Assembly (NCBI GenBank): GCA_963813535.1
Contig: CAWEZH010000003.1
Coordinates: 544,001-608,000, forward strand
DNA: 64,000 nucleotides
From: an uncultured Chloroflexia bacterium
GTDB taxonomy: Bacteria; Chloroflexota; Limnocylindria; Limnocylindrales; CSP1-4
Direction of reading: 5' to 3'
Shown: positions 46,007 through 55,539 of the stretch, piece by piece
Position numbering within the stretch: the first letter of the stretch is position 1
Layout: every line of letters begins with the position of its first letter
Made by a program: the position numbers and the translations under genes
Notes under the pieces: model-generated
The model's database searches: none
Seen by the model: the letters and a program-made list of their open reading frames with translations, nothing else
What the model was told of the DNA's origin: nothing

Positions 46007-47455
46007 ATGCGAGACCTGACCGAGCGCGCGCTCGATACAGCCACGTCCCTCGGTGCCCGGTATGCGGACGTCCGGGTCGTTCGTCGCCTCGACGAGTCGA
46101 TCGCCATCAAGACCGGCCGGGTGGAGGGTGTCGCATCGAACGAGAGCGAAGGCTTCGGGATCCGCGTCCTCGTCGACGGCGCGTGGGGTTTCGCTAGCAG
46201 CCACCTCCTCGGCCTCGACGAGGCGGACCGCGTGGCGGGCGACGCCGTGCGAATCGCGCGAGCGAGCGCGACCGCCCTCCGCGAGCCAACCGAACTCGAC
46301 GACCGTGCGCCCGCCTACGGCCGCTACGAGACGCCGCTCGAAGAGGACCCGTTCAGCGTGCCGCTCGAGCGCAAGATCGGTGACCTCCTGGCCGCCGACC
46401 AGGCCGCCGCCAGGGTCACGGGCATCGCCTTCACCGAGTCGATGTACGCCGCCCAACGCGAATCGAAGACCTTCGCCGCCACCGATGGCTCGTTCACCGA
46501 GCAGACGATCACCCATGTCGGCTCGGCGGTCGAGGCCAACGCGGTCGACGGCGACGAGCATCAGCGCCGCTCCTACCCCGACTCCGGCGGAGGCTGGCAG
46601 GCGGCAGGGTATGAATACATCCGTGGCCTCGACCTGGCCATCCGTGCCGAGCCACTCGCCGACGAGGCAGTCGCCCTCCTGAGCGCACCGCAGTGCCCGA
46701 GTGGCCATTTCACGGTGGTCCTCGACCCGTCGCAGTTGTACCTCCAGGTCCACGAGAGCTGTGGGCATCCGACCGAGCTCGATCGGGTCTTCGGGACCGA
46801 GGCGTCCTACGCCGGGACGAGCTTCCTCACGACCGACAAGCTCGAGGAGGGGTTCCGCTACGGCTCCGACCTCGTGACGATCGTCGCCGACGCGACGGCC
46901 CCGGGCGGCATGGGCACGTTCGGCTGGGACGACGAGGGGGTCGGCGCGCAAGCGGTGCCGCTCGTGCAGGACGGCACGTTCGTCGGCTACCTGAGCAGCC
47001 GCGAGACGGCGCCGCGCATCGGCCGGTCGAGCAGCGGAGCGATGCGGGCCGACGGCTGGAACCGGATACCGCTCATCCGGATGACCAACATCAACCTGCT
47101 GCCCCGCCCCGGGATGAGTCTCGAGGACATCGTCGCGGACACCGACGACGGGCTGTACCTCGCATCGAACCGCTCGTGGTCGATCGATGACCGGCGCCTG
47201 AACTTCCAGTTCGCGACGGAGGTCGCGTACGAGATCAAGGGCGGCAAGAAGGGGCGGCTGTTCAAGAACCCGACCTACACCGGGATCACCTACGAATTCT
47301 GGCGATCGTGTGACGCCGTCGGCGACGAGCGGAGCTACGTGATGCTGGGCACGCCGAACTGCGGCAAGGGCGAGCCGAGCCAGACCGGACATGTCGGTCA
47401 TGCCGTCCCGGGCGCGCGCTTCCGGGATGTCCAGGTCGGGGTCGGCAAGTGGTGA
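46007..47455 (+). CDS. tldD: TldD family metalloprotease
   Basis: GFGIRV, GAWGFA, HESCGH..E.D, DDEG, RMTN, CGKG. Confidence 0.93.
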   Translation: MRDLTERALDTATSLGARYADVRVVRRLDESIAIKTGRVEGVASNESEGFGIRVLVDGAWGFASSHLLGLDEADRVAGDAVRIARASATALREPTELDDRAPAYGRYETPLEEDPFSVPLERKIGDLLAADQAAARVTGIAFTESMYAAQRESKTFAATDGSFTEQTITHVGSAVEANAVDGDEHQRRSYPDSGGGWQAAGYEYIRGLDLAIRAEPLADEAVALLSAPQCPSGHFTVVLDPSQLYLQVHESCGHPTELDRVFGTEASYAGTSFLTTDKLEEGFRYGSDLVTIVADATAPGGMGTFGWDDEGVGAQAVPLVQDGTFVGYLSSRETAPRIGRSSSGAMRADGWNRIPLIRMTNINLLPRPGMSLEDIVADTDDGLYLASNRSWSIDDRRLNFQFATEVAYEIKGGKKGRLFKNPTYTGITYEFWRSCDAVGDERSYVMLGTPNCGKGEPSQTGHVGHAVPGARFRDVQVGVGKW

Positions 47456-47462
47456 GCCGCCG

Positions 47463-48815
47463 ATGAACGACGATCGCGCGCACGACTCGCTCAGGCTCGC
47501 ACGACGCGCCCTCGACGCCGCGATGCACCAGGGCGCGACGGAGGCCGAAGCGCTGGTGCTGGCCGAGGACGCGTCGCTGACGCGGTTCGCCAACAGCCAG
47601 ATCCACCAGAACGTCGCCGAGCGCAACGTGACGGTCAACCTGCGCGTCGTGATCGGGAAGCGCGTCGGTGTCGCGTCGTCGGGGCGAACGGATGCCGACG
47701 GCCTGCTCCGGCTGGCTGAGAACGCCACGGCCATCGCGAGCGTCGTCGAGGAGCTCGACGATTGGGGGGGCCTCCCTCGCCCCACGACCGTCGAAGCCAC
47801 GACGGCGGGCTACGCGGCGGCGACCGCGGGGGCGTCTCCGGAGGTCCGCGCCGCAGGTGTTCGCCAGGTCATCGCCGCGGCGGACGATGCCGGCGTCACG
47901 GCCTTTGGCTCGTTCTCGTCGGGCACCGAGACGACGGCCGTCGCCAACTCGAATGGCGTCCGCGTCGGCGCAACGCGGACGGTCGCCCAGCTCCTCACCG
48001 TATCGATGGGACCCGGCGGCGGGAGCGGGTACGCCGAACAGGCCGCGGTCGACATCGACACCATCGACGCGGCCGGTATCGGTCGCGAGGCGGCCGGCAA
48101 GGCGCGTGCCACGGCGAACGCGGTGGCGATCGACGCCGGCGACTATCCGGTCGTCCTGGAGGAGTACGCGGTCGTCGACCTTCTCGACATGCTCGGATAC
48201 CTGGGGTTCTCGGCGCTTGCCGTCCAGGAGGAGCGCAGCTTCGTCGAGGTGGGCCGGAAGATCGGCAGCGACATCGTGTCGATCGTCGATGACGGGCACG
48301 ACCCAGCCGGCCTGCCGATGGCCTTCGACTACGAGGGTGTCGCCAAGCAGCGGGTCCCGTTGCTCGACGCCGGGGTGTGCCGTGGGGTGGTCCATGACTC
48401 GCAGACCGCGGCACGCGATGGCGTCGCCTCGACCGGCCACGGGCTGCCTGCCCCGAACCCGTGGGGACCGTTCCCGCTCAACATGGTGATGGCACCTGGG
48501 TCGGAGACCCGCGACGGATTGATCGCCGGTCTCGACCGCGGCCTGCTCGTCACGCGGTTCCACTACACCAATCCCGTCCACCCCAAGCTGGCGATCATCA
48601 CGGGCATGACCCGGGATGGGACGTTCCTCGTCGAGGACGGACGGATCGTCGGTCCGGTGCGAAACCTCCGGTTCACGCAGAGCTATCTCGAGGCGCTGGC
48701 GTGTACAGTCGCCGTAGCGAGTGAGCGCAAGACCCTCAAGGGCTTCCTTGGAGGGGTGGTCGTGCCGGCCATCCGGCTCGAGGGTTGGACGTTCACCGGA
48801 ACGACCGAACACTGA
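47463..48815 (+). CDS. tldE: TldE/PmbA family protein
   Basis: TRFANSQIHQN, FDYEGV, STGH, TGMTRDG; no HExxxH; follows tldD. Confidence 0.88.
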   Translation: MNDDRAHDSLRLARRALDAAMHQGATEAEALVLAEDASLTRFANSQIHQNVAERNVTVNLRVVIGKRVGVASSGRTDADGLLRLAENATAIASVVEELDDWGGLPRPTTVEATTAGYAAATAGASPEVRAAGVRQVIAAADDAGVTAFGSFSSGTETTAVANSNGVRVGATRTVAQLLTVSMGPGGGSGYAEQAAVDIDTIDAAGIGREAAGKARATANAVAIDAGDYPVVLEEYAVVDLLDMLGYLGFSALAVQEERSFVEVGRKIGSDIVSIVDDGHDPAGLPMAFDYEGVAKQRVPLLDAGVCRGVVHDSQTAARDGVASTGHGLPAPNPWGPFPLNMVMAPGSETRDGLIAGLDRGLLVTRFHYTNPVHPKLAIITGMTRDGTFLVEDGRIVGPVRNLRFTQSYLEALACTVAVASERKTLKGFLGGVVVPAIRLEGWTFTGTTEH

Positions 48816-50216
48816 ATGAGCACGTTAGCTGGCGACTTCTGGGTCTGCGGCGACTGTCGGTCCATCAACAACGCTGGAGCCCGACAGTGCTACAACTGCC
48901 GCACGCCACGCGATAGGGCGGCGGTCGATCCGAGCACGATCGACCCGGCCCGACCCGGCAAGCTGCGAAAGGTCGAACTGCCCGGGTTCGAATCGTCGCG
49001 CTGGGCGGCGGTCCTGGCGACGATCCTCATCGTCGCGGTTGCCGTCCTGCAGGTCATCCAGTACAACCTCGTGGCGACGCTGCTCGGTCAGACCGTCGAT
49101 CCGACGGATGAGCAGATCCAGTACGTCGGCAGCGTCGGGATCGTCGCGTTCGGGATCGCGCTGCTCGCTCTGATCGCCTGGTCGTTGTGGCTGAGCCGGA
49201 CCGTGACGTCGATGCCTGCCCTCGGGCTGGGCTATCCACCGACGAACGGGATGATGGCGTTCGTCGAGAACTTCATCCCGATCCTGAACCTGTTCCGCGT
49301 GCCCGCGATCGTCCGCGATGTCGTCCGCCGGCTCGAACCCGCCGCCGGGCGCGGCGAGGCCCTCATCTTCGCTGCCTGGATCGGGCTGCTCGGTGGCTAC
49401 CTCGTCCCGCGGGTCTTTTCGTGGTTCGCGCGCGACCCCGACACCCTCGTCAGGGTCGCCGGGATCGGCACGGGCCTGGTCCTGGTCGGGGCGATCTTCA
49501 TGGTGGTGCTCATCTGGTGGGTGGAGCGCCACATCCGAGCGCGGCGCGAGATCCAGCTTGCCGAACTGCGTGACGAGGCACCGGCGGACACAGTCGGCAC
49601 GGTCACGTCGACGCTCGTCGATGTCGTCCAGACACGCACGGCGTTGGCTGCGGCGAGCGCGGCGCACGCAGCGGACGCGGCGGCGCCCCCGGCGGCCGCG
49701 GTCGGGCCGCTGGCCGCAGTCGCAGCATTCACGCTGCCGGTCGTGACGGAGCCCGAGCCGCAGGTCGCGGCCGAGCCGCCGGTCGCCGCCGAGCCACAGG
49801 TCGCCGCCGAGCCACAGGTCGCCGCCGAGCCGCCGGCAGCCACCGCGGCGCCGTTCGTGGCCGAGGCCGACGCCGTGGCGGGGGCGGAGCATGTCCCGGA
49901 ACCCGAGTCGGTGGCCGCAGAGCCTCCCGAACCGGCCGCTGCCGGGATCGAGCCTGCGCCCGAGACCGGGTCCGAACCTGCGGAGCCGCCGCACCTGATC
50001 ATCCGGGTCGCGAGCCGCGGCCTGATGACCGCCGAGATGGAGGGTGAGGTGGAGCACGTCATCCTCGACGACCTCGGTCCGTATGCGGCCGCCCTCGCCG
50101 AGGCAGGGGGGAACGCCACGATCGTCCTGCCGTCCGACGACGCGATGACGGACCTTATACGCCGTCGCGCGCAACGCATCCTCGAGGACGCCGGCGTCCA
50201 GGTCACGACCGACTGA
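48816..50216 (+). CDS. DUF4328-like membrane protein with an N-terminal RanBP2-type zinc finger
   Basis: WVCGDCRSINNAGARQCYNC; W..W, FIPILNLF..P TM core; Ala/Glu/Pro tail. Confidence 0.72.
   Translation: MSTLAGDFWVCGDCRSINNAGARQCYNCRTPRDRAAVDPSTIDPARPGKLRKVELPGFESSRWAAVLATILIVAVAVLQVIQYNLVATLLGQTVDPTDEQIQYVGSVGIVAFGIALLALIAWSLWLSRTVTSMPALGLGYPPTNGMMAFVENFIPILNLFRVPAIVRDVVRRLEPAAGRGEALIFAAWIGLLGGYLVPRVFSWFARDPDTLVRVAGIGTGLVLVGAIFMVVLIWWVERHIRARREIQLAELRDEAPADTVGTVTSTLVDVVQTRTALAAASAAHAADAAAPPAAAVGPLAAVAAFTLPVVTEPEPQVAAEPPVAAEPQVAAEPQVAAEPPAATAAPFVAEADAVAGAEHVPEPESVAAEPPEPAAAGIEPAPETGSEPAEPPHLIIRVASRGLMTAEMEGEVEHVILDDLGPYAAALAEAGGNATIVLPSDDAMTDLIRRRAQRILEDAGVQVTTD
49755..49836 (+). repeat. 18-bp in-frame tandem repeat (about 4.5 copies, EP[QP]VAA)
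   Basis: GAGCC[GA]C[AC]GGTCGC[GC]GCC units. Confidence 0.85.
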
Positions 50217-50219
50217 TCG

Positions 50220-51470
50220 ATGTCCGAGCTCGACGTCGACGCCCTCCGGGCGGAGTTCCCGGCACTCCGGCGTCAGATGGACGGTCGAGCGGTCGTCTTC
50301 CTCGACGGTCCGGGCGGGACCCAGGTGCCGCAACGCGTCATCGATGCCGTGGCGGGCTATCTGACGGACACGAACGCGAACGCCGGCGGCGCGTTCGCGA
50401 CCAGCGAGGCGTCCGATGCGATGGTGGACGAGGCCCACGCCGCCGTCGCGGACTTCCTCGGCGCCGGCGGTCCCGACGAGATCAAGTTCGGCTACAACAT
50501 GTCGACGCTGACGCTCCACATCGGACGCAGCATCGGTGCGACCCTCGGACCGACCGATGAGATCGTCGTGACGACGCTCGACCACGAGGCGAACGTCAGC
50601 ACCTGGGAAGCCATGGCCGCCGAGCGCGGCGTCACGGTCCGCAAGGTCGACATCCGCGAGGACGACGTCACGCTCGACCTCGAGGATCTCGAATCGAAGC
50701 TCAACCCGCGCACCAGGCTGGTCGCGGTCGGCTATGCCAGCAACGCCGTCGGCACCATCAACCCGGTCCGCGAGATCGTGGCCAGGGCGCACGAGGTCGG
50801 GGCGCTGACCTACGTCGACGCGGTGGCGTTCGCACCGCACGGCCCCATCGACGTCCGAGCCCTCGACACGGACTTCCTCGTCTGCAGCGTGTACAAGTGG
50901 TTCGGCCCGCACCTGGGAGCCCTATATGGCAAGGCCGAGGTCCTCGACTCGCTGCCGGCGTTCAAGGTCCGTCCCGCTCACGACCAATTCGAGACGGGCA
51001 CGGCGGCGTTCGAGTCGGTCGCCGGGACGCTGGCCGCGACCGATTACCTGCGCGACATCGGTCGGCGCCACGGCGGGGCCGACGGCGCGACCCGGCGGGT
51101 CGAGCTCGTGGCGGGCATGACGGCGATCGTGGGCTACGAGCGCGCCCTCGTGACGCGCCTCATCGATGGCCTCGGAGCCATCCGCGGCGTGACGATCCAC
51201 GGCATCACCGAGCCGACGCGGTTCGACGAGCGCGTCCCGACCGTCTCGGTGTCCATCGACGGTGTCCACCCGCGGAACGCCGCGGAGACCCTCGGTCGGC
51301 GCGGGATCTTCGTCTGGGATGGCGACTTCTACGCGACCGGTCTCATCGAGCGACTCGGCAAGGCCGATGGCGGCGTCCTGCGGCTCGGGCTGGTCCACTA
51401 CAACACCGACGAGGAGGTCGACCGGACGCTCGAGGCGGTCGAGTCGATCGCCTCGGCGGCCGTGGTGTGA
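50220..51470 (+). CDS. Cysteine desulfurase-like class V aminotransferase (VC1184-like subfamily)
   Basis: FLDGPGGTQVP, DHEANV, ASN..GT, VDAV, SVYKW (PLP Lys), ETGT, HYNT. Confidence 0.9.
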   Translation: MSELDVDALRAEFPALRRQMDGRAVVFLDGPGGTQVPQRVIDAVAGYLTDTNANAGGAFATSEASDAMVDEAHAAVADFLGAGGPDEIKFGYNMSTLTLHIGRSIGATLGPTDEIVVTTLDHEANVSTWEAMAAERGVTVRKVDIREDDVTLDLEDLESKLNPRTRLVAVGYASNAVGTINPVREIVARAHEVGALTYVDAVAFAPHGPIDVRALDTDFLVCSVYKWFGPHLGALYGKAEVLDSLPAFKVRPAHDQFETGTAAFESVAGTLAATDYLRDIGRRHGGADGATRRVELVAGMTAIVGYERALVTRLIDGLGAIRGVTIHGITEPTRFDERVPTVSVSIDGVHPRNAAETLGRRGIFVWDGDFYATGLIERLGKADGGVLRLGLVHYNTDEEVDRTLEAVESIASAAVV

Positions 51471-51928
51471 CCCGACCGGAGTCGATCCAGGCGCGCCTGG
51501 CGCGTCCTTTTGACCCCACGGAGCTGCGCCGCATCAAGCGGCTGTGGGTCCGTCATTCGATCGCCGAGGACCGGCGCGACATCGAGGGCCTGATCGCCAC
51601 CCTCTCGCCGGACTGCGTGTACGAGATCGCCGTCACCGGTCAGCGATGGGTCGGGCACGACGGCGCGCGGTCGTTCTACGCCGGATTGTTCGAAGCATTC
51701 CCCGACAACGCGTTCGCCCTCTCGGAGATCGTGATCGGCCCGCAGGGCGTCTTCGAGGTCGCGACGCTCAGCGGCACGAATTGCGGGCCGTGGGCCGGGC
51801 TGCCGCCGTCCGGGATGGCTGTTTCGCTCGAGGTCGTGATCCTGTTCCCGTGGGATCCGCTGAGCGGACGATTCCGCGGGGAGCGGATCTGGTTCGACCG
51901 GGAGTCGGTGTCGGGCGACCGCCCGTAG
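51467..51928 (+). CDS. SnoaL/NTF2-like ester cyclase family protein
   Basis: H..AE..D, FY..LF.AFPD, GT..G.W.G.PPSG, GERIWFD; GTGA coupling. Confidence 0.8.
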   Translation: MTRPESIQARLARPFDPTELRRIKRLWVRHSIAEDRRDIEGLIATLSPDCVYEIAVTGQRWVGHDGARSFYAGLFEAFPDNAFALSEIVIGPQGVFEVATLSGTNCGPWAGLPPSGMAVSLEVVILFPWDPLSGRFRGERIWFDRESVSGDRP

Positions 51929-51950
51929 CGGACGGCCCTAGGATGCACGC

Positions 51951-53402
51951 ATGGCACGGCACGCAGGTCGCGTTCGCATCGGGCTGACTGCGCTCCTGGC
52001 GGCCGTCCTCACGGCGTGCTCGTCGAGCTCGAACAGCCCGGGACCCGTCCGGACCGGAGAGCCCCCGACCGAGCGCATCCCCGTCATCATCGATTCAGAC
52101 TTCGACCTGAGCGACCTCGCCGCGATCGCCATCCTGCTGCGCGATCCGGCGGTCGACGTGCGGGCGATCGCCATCGACGGCACCGGTCTCGTCCACTGCC
52201 AGGCCGGACGACTGATGACACGCTATCTGCTCGACGAGCTCGGGTCGCCCGACATCCCGTTCGGATGCGGCCGCGAGGCCGGGGGCAGCGACGCTCATCC
52301 GTTTCCCGATGACTGGCGGGTGGTGGCCGATGCCGCGTACGGCCTGGACATCCCGCCACATGCAGAATTGGGCGTGCCGCGCGATGCGGTCGACGTCATC
52401 GCCGATGCGGTCGACGCGAGCCCGAGCGCCCCGACCATCATCACCCTCGGGCCGCTGACCAACCTCGAGGACGCCTTCGCCGCGGACGAGACCCTCGCCG
52501 ACCGCGTGGCCGCGGTCCACGCGATGCTCGGCACGGTCGACGCACCGGGCAACGTCTTCGTCGACGGGCTGGGTGCCACGGACCCGCTGGAGTGGAACGC
52601 CTACGCTGACCCGTCGGCGGTCACCGCGGTGCTCGACTCGGACGTGCCGATCTCGATCGTGCCGCTCGATGCGACCGACGACGTCCCCGTGCCGCCCGAT
52701 CTCGCTGATCGGCTGAAGGCCGATCACCAGGCCGCCGGCGCGGACCTCGTCTACGAGCTGCTCGTCCGCAACCCGCAGCGGCTCCGTTCCGACTTCGGGC
52801 AGCAGCTGTGGGACGAACTGGCGGCGCTGACATTGACCAGCCCGGATCTGGCGAGCTGGCAGGACGCATCGGTGACGGTCGAGGCCGACGGTCGGATGAC
52901 GCGGGACGAGGCCGGCAAGACCATCCGATTCGCGGCCTCGGCCGACCGGGCGGCGGTCGAGGACGGCTTGCTCGAGGCGCTCCGGCGTGGTGAGCCGCGG
53001 GTCACGCCGTTCACGCTGGCCGGCGCCATCGACGTGGTATTCGACGGCACGACCTGCTCGGTCAGCGGCGAATCCGACCAGCCCGGCGTCCACGAGCTCC
53101 GGTTCCAGGGACCGGCCGGCCGGCCGAGCGGGGTCGGTGTCGTCGGCATCCGGTCGCCGCACACCTGGGAGGAGGCCGCGGCGCTCCTTCCGGGGCTCGA
53201 CGTGGAGGCGCCACCGCCGGACTGGCTGGTGCAAGGGCCCGTCGCCGAGGACGCGACCGGGACCGGGCGGCCCGTGACGACGGCCGGCCCACTCACGGAG
53301 AACCTCGCCGGCGTCGCCTGCTTCGTCGGGACGTGGCCGGATCTGCGCTACACACCCGGCCGGCCGATCCAGGTCGGTGGCGGAGCCATCGAGCCGGCGT
53401 GA
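51951..53402 (+). CDS. Nucleoside hydrolase-family lipoprotein
   Basis: Lipobox LTAC; IIDSDFDLSD, LGPLTNL, PGN, EWN..DP.A, VPLDAT, WD..AA. Confidence 0.82.
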   Translation: MARHAGRVRIGLTALLAAVLTACSSSSNSPGPVRTGEPPTERIPVIIDSDFDLSDLAAIAILLRDPAVDVRAIAIDGTGLVHCQAGRLMTRYLLDELGSPDIPFGCGREAGGSDAHPFPDDWRVVADAAYGLDIPPHAELGVPRDAVDVIADAVDASPSAPTIITLGPLTNLEDAFAADETLADRVAAVHAMLGTVDAPGNVFVDGLGATDPLEWNAYADPSAVTAVLDSDVPISIVPLDATDDVPVPPDLADRLKADHQAAGADLVYELLVRNPQRLRSDFGQQLWDELAALTLTSPDLASWQDASVTVEADGRMTRDEAGKTIRFAASADRAAVEDGLLEALRRGEPRVTPFTLAGAIDVVFDGTTCSVSGESDQPGVHELRFQGPAGRPSGVGVVGIRSPHTWEEAAALLPGLDVEAPPPDWLVQGPVAEDATGTGRPVTTAGPLTENLAGVACFVGTWPDLRYTPGRPIQVGGGAIEPA

Positions 53403-54847
53403 CCGTCGCCCGCTCGGCGCTCGACGCCATCGTCGTCGGGTCCGGCCCGAACGGGCTTTCGGCGGCACTGACACTCGCCCGCGCGGGCCGCTCCGTTCGC
53501 GTCTATGAGGCGGCGGCCACGATCGGCGGAGGGACTCGGACCGAGGAGCTGACCCTGCCGGGGTTCCGCCACGACGTGTGTGCGTCGATCATGCCGCTGG
53601 CCCTCGCGTCACCGTTCTTTCGGACAGTCGACTGGGATGCGCTTGGCGTCGAGTTCGTCCAGCCGGATGCCCCGGTCGCCCATGCGCTCGACGACGGACG
53701 CGCGGTCGTGCTCGAGCGGTCATTCACGGCGACCGCCGCGAACCTCGACGAGGATCGACGGACGGACGATGGGTCGGCATGGCGGCGGCTCTTCGGTCCG
53801 CTCGCGAGGGACGAGGCCAAGCTTGGCCGGGAGCTCCTCCGACCGATCCTCCACGCGCCGCGCCATCCGCTGGCGCTGGCCCGCTTCGGGCTCCCGGCCC
53901 TGCGTTCGGCTGCCGGTCTCGCTCGGTCGCGCTTCCGGGGCGACGCGGCGCAGGCGCTGTTCGCCGGTCTCGCGGCACACTCGATGATCCGCCTCGACCG
54001 ACCACTGACGGCGTCGTTCGGTCTCGTGCTCGGGATGTATGCCCATGCCGTCGGGTGGCCGTTCGTGCGGGGCGGCACGGCGGCCATCGCTGACGCGCTC
54101 GCCGCCGAGGTCCGGCGCCTCGGCGGCGGCATCGTGACGGGGTACCGGGTCGAAACCCTCGACGACCTGCCGGAGGCCCGGGTCGTCATCCTCGATACCA
54201 CGCCGCAGGCGGCGGTCGACATCGCCGGCGATCGACTCGCGCCGCGGACCAGGCGGCGCTACGAGGGATTCCGCTACGGGCCGGGTGTCTTCAAGGTCGA
54301 CTGGGCCCTGGCGGGGCCGGTGCCCTGGACCGCTGACGGCCTGCGACGGGCTGCCACGATCCACCTGGGCGGGACGCTCGATGAGGTCATCCGCTCGGAG
54401 CGCCAGGTGGCCGCGGGCCGTCCGCCGGACCGCCCCTTCACCCTCCTCGCGCAGTACCAGCCGTGGGATCCGTCGCGGGCTCCTGCTGGCCGGCACACCG
54501 CCTGGGCGTACTGCCACGTGCCGCCCGGCTCGCCCATCGACATGACGGATCGCATCGAAGCGCAAGTGGAACGGTTCGCTCCCGGCTTTCGGGACCTGAT
54601 CCTCGCGCGGTCGACGCGCTCGCCGGCCGACATCGAGGCACACGACCCGAACCATGTCGGCGGCGACATCAACGCGGGCATCGCCGACGTCCGCCAGCTG
54701 CTCTTCCGTCCGACCCCGTCAGTGGACCCGTACCACGCAGGCGCGGGTCTCTACTTGTGCTCGTCATCGACGCCGCCCGCCGGTGGTGTGCACGGCATGG
54801 GCGGTCACCTCGCCGCGCGGTCGGCGCTACGGCGCGATCTGCGCTAG
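53399..54847 (+). CDS. NAD(P)/FAD-dependent oxidoreductase (phytoene dehydrogenase-like)
   Basis: GSGPNGL..A, IGGG.R, HDVC, WAYCHVP, CSSSTPP.GGVHGM. Confidence 0.9.
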   Translation: MTVARSALDAIVVGSGPNGLSAALTLARAGRSVRVYEAAATIGGGTRTEELTLPGFRHDVCASIMPLALASPFFRTVDWDALGVEFVQPDAPVAHALDDGRAVVLERSFTATAANLDEDRRTDDGSAWRRLFGPLARDEAKLGRELLRPILHAPRHPLALARFGLPALRSAAGLARSRFRGDAAQALFAGLAAHSMIRLDRPLTASFGLVLGMYAHAVGWPFVRGGTAAIADALAAEVRRLGGGIVTGYRVETLDDLPEARVVILDTTPQAAVDIAGDRLAPRTRRRYEGFRYGPGVFKVDWALAGPVPWTADGLRRAATIHLGGTLDEVIRSERQVAAGRPPDRPFTLLAQYQPWDPSRAPAGRHTAWAYCHVPPGSPIDMTDRIEAQVERFAPGFRDLILARSTRSPADIEAHDPNHVGGDINAGIADVRQLLFRPTPSVDPYHAGAGLYLCSSSTPPAGGVHGMGGHLAARSALRRDLR

Positions 54848-55539
54848 TCGTCGTCCTCGACGCCGACGGTCCCGCGCAGCCACGCCCCCAACCACAGGGC
54901 GCCCGCCGCCGGGATGATGATCCAGACGAGGAGCACGAGCATCACGATGATGACGGCGACCCGCAGGTCGTCGAGGCTTTCGCCCACCGTCCCGGTCTGG
55001 AGTCGCTCCGCGATCGTCCCCAGCTGCTCCCCGAGTGCGCCGAGCGAGGCGGCGTTGGCGAGGAGGGCGGTGCGGTTGCCCTCGAGGTCGCCCGCGATCA
55101 GCTCGAGCCTGGTATCGAGGCCGTCGAGGTTCGACGCCATCCCCCCGAACGCACCGGCCACCCCGGAGAGTGGCTGGCGGCCGAGGATCTGGACCTCGTC
55201 CATCTGCGCCTGGGCGGAGCGGAGGTCCGCCCGGATCTGGGCGACCGTGTCCGCGGTCTGGCGGACGACGGGCGGCGTCCGTTCGAGCGTGACCGCGAAG
55301 GAGGCCGCGGTCGCCGAAGCATCGGTCAGGACGGCCGCCGTCCGGTCGAGGGTCTCGACGACGGTGTCGATCTGTTGCTCCACCCGAGCGCCCGCCGCGG
55401 ACAGTCGTCCGCTGGCGTAGATAAGGGCGATCGCCGCGACGAGCGCCAGGATCAGGCCGATGACCCCGTAGACGATGAGGCCGGTGGCGAGCCGGCGCAG
55501 GCCGGCACGCAGGGATCGCGGGGCCGACCCGGCCGTCAC
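54844..55539 (-). CDS. Hypothetical TM-coiled coil-TM protein
   Basis: Hydrophobic helices at both ends with a helical heptad-like middle; GTGA coupling. Confidence 0.72.
   Translation of the reverse strand: MTAGSAPRSLRAGLRRLATGLIVYGVIGLILALVAAIALIYASGRLSAAGARVEQQIDTVVETLDRTAAVLTDASATAASFAVTLERTPPVVRQTADTVAQIRADLRSAQAQMDEVQILGRQPLSGVAGAFGGMASNLDGLDTRLELIAGDLEGNRTALLANAASLGALGEQLGTIAERLQTGTVGESLDDLRVAVIIVMLVLLVWIIIPAAGALWLGAWLRGTVGVEDDD

Noticed and set aside
49755-49836. Repeat array as a CRISPR
   Set aside because: No spacers; in-frame coding repeat; no cas genes
48825-50912. 695-aa minus-strand ORF (and similar long shadows such as 16075-17886 and 45914-47800)
   Set aside because: Antisense to well-supported genes; stop codons are scarce at this GC content
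46007-54847. RiPP biosynthetic cluster around tldDE
   Set aside because: No precursor peptide, YcaO, radical SAM enzyme or exporter found
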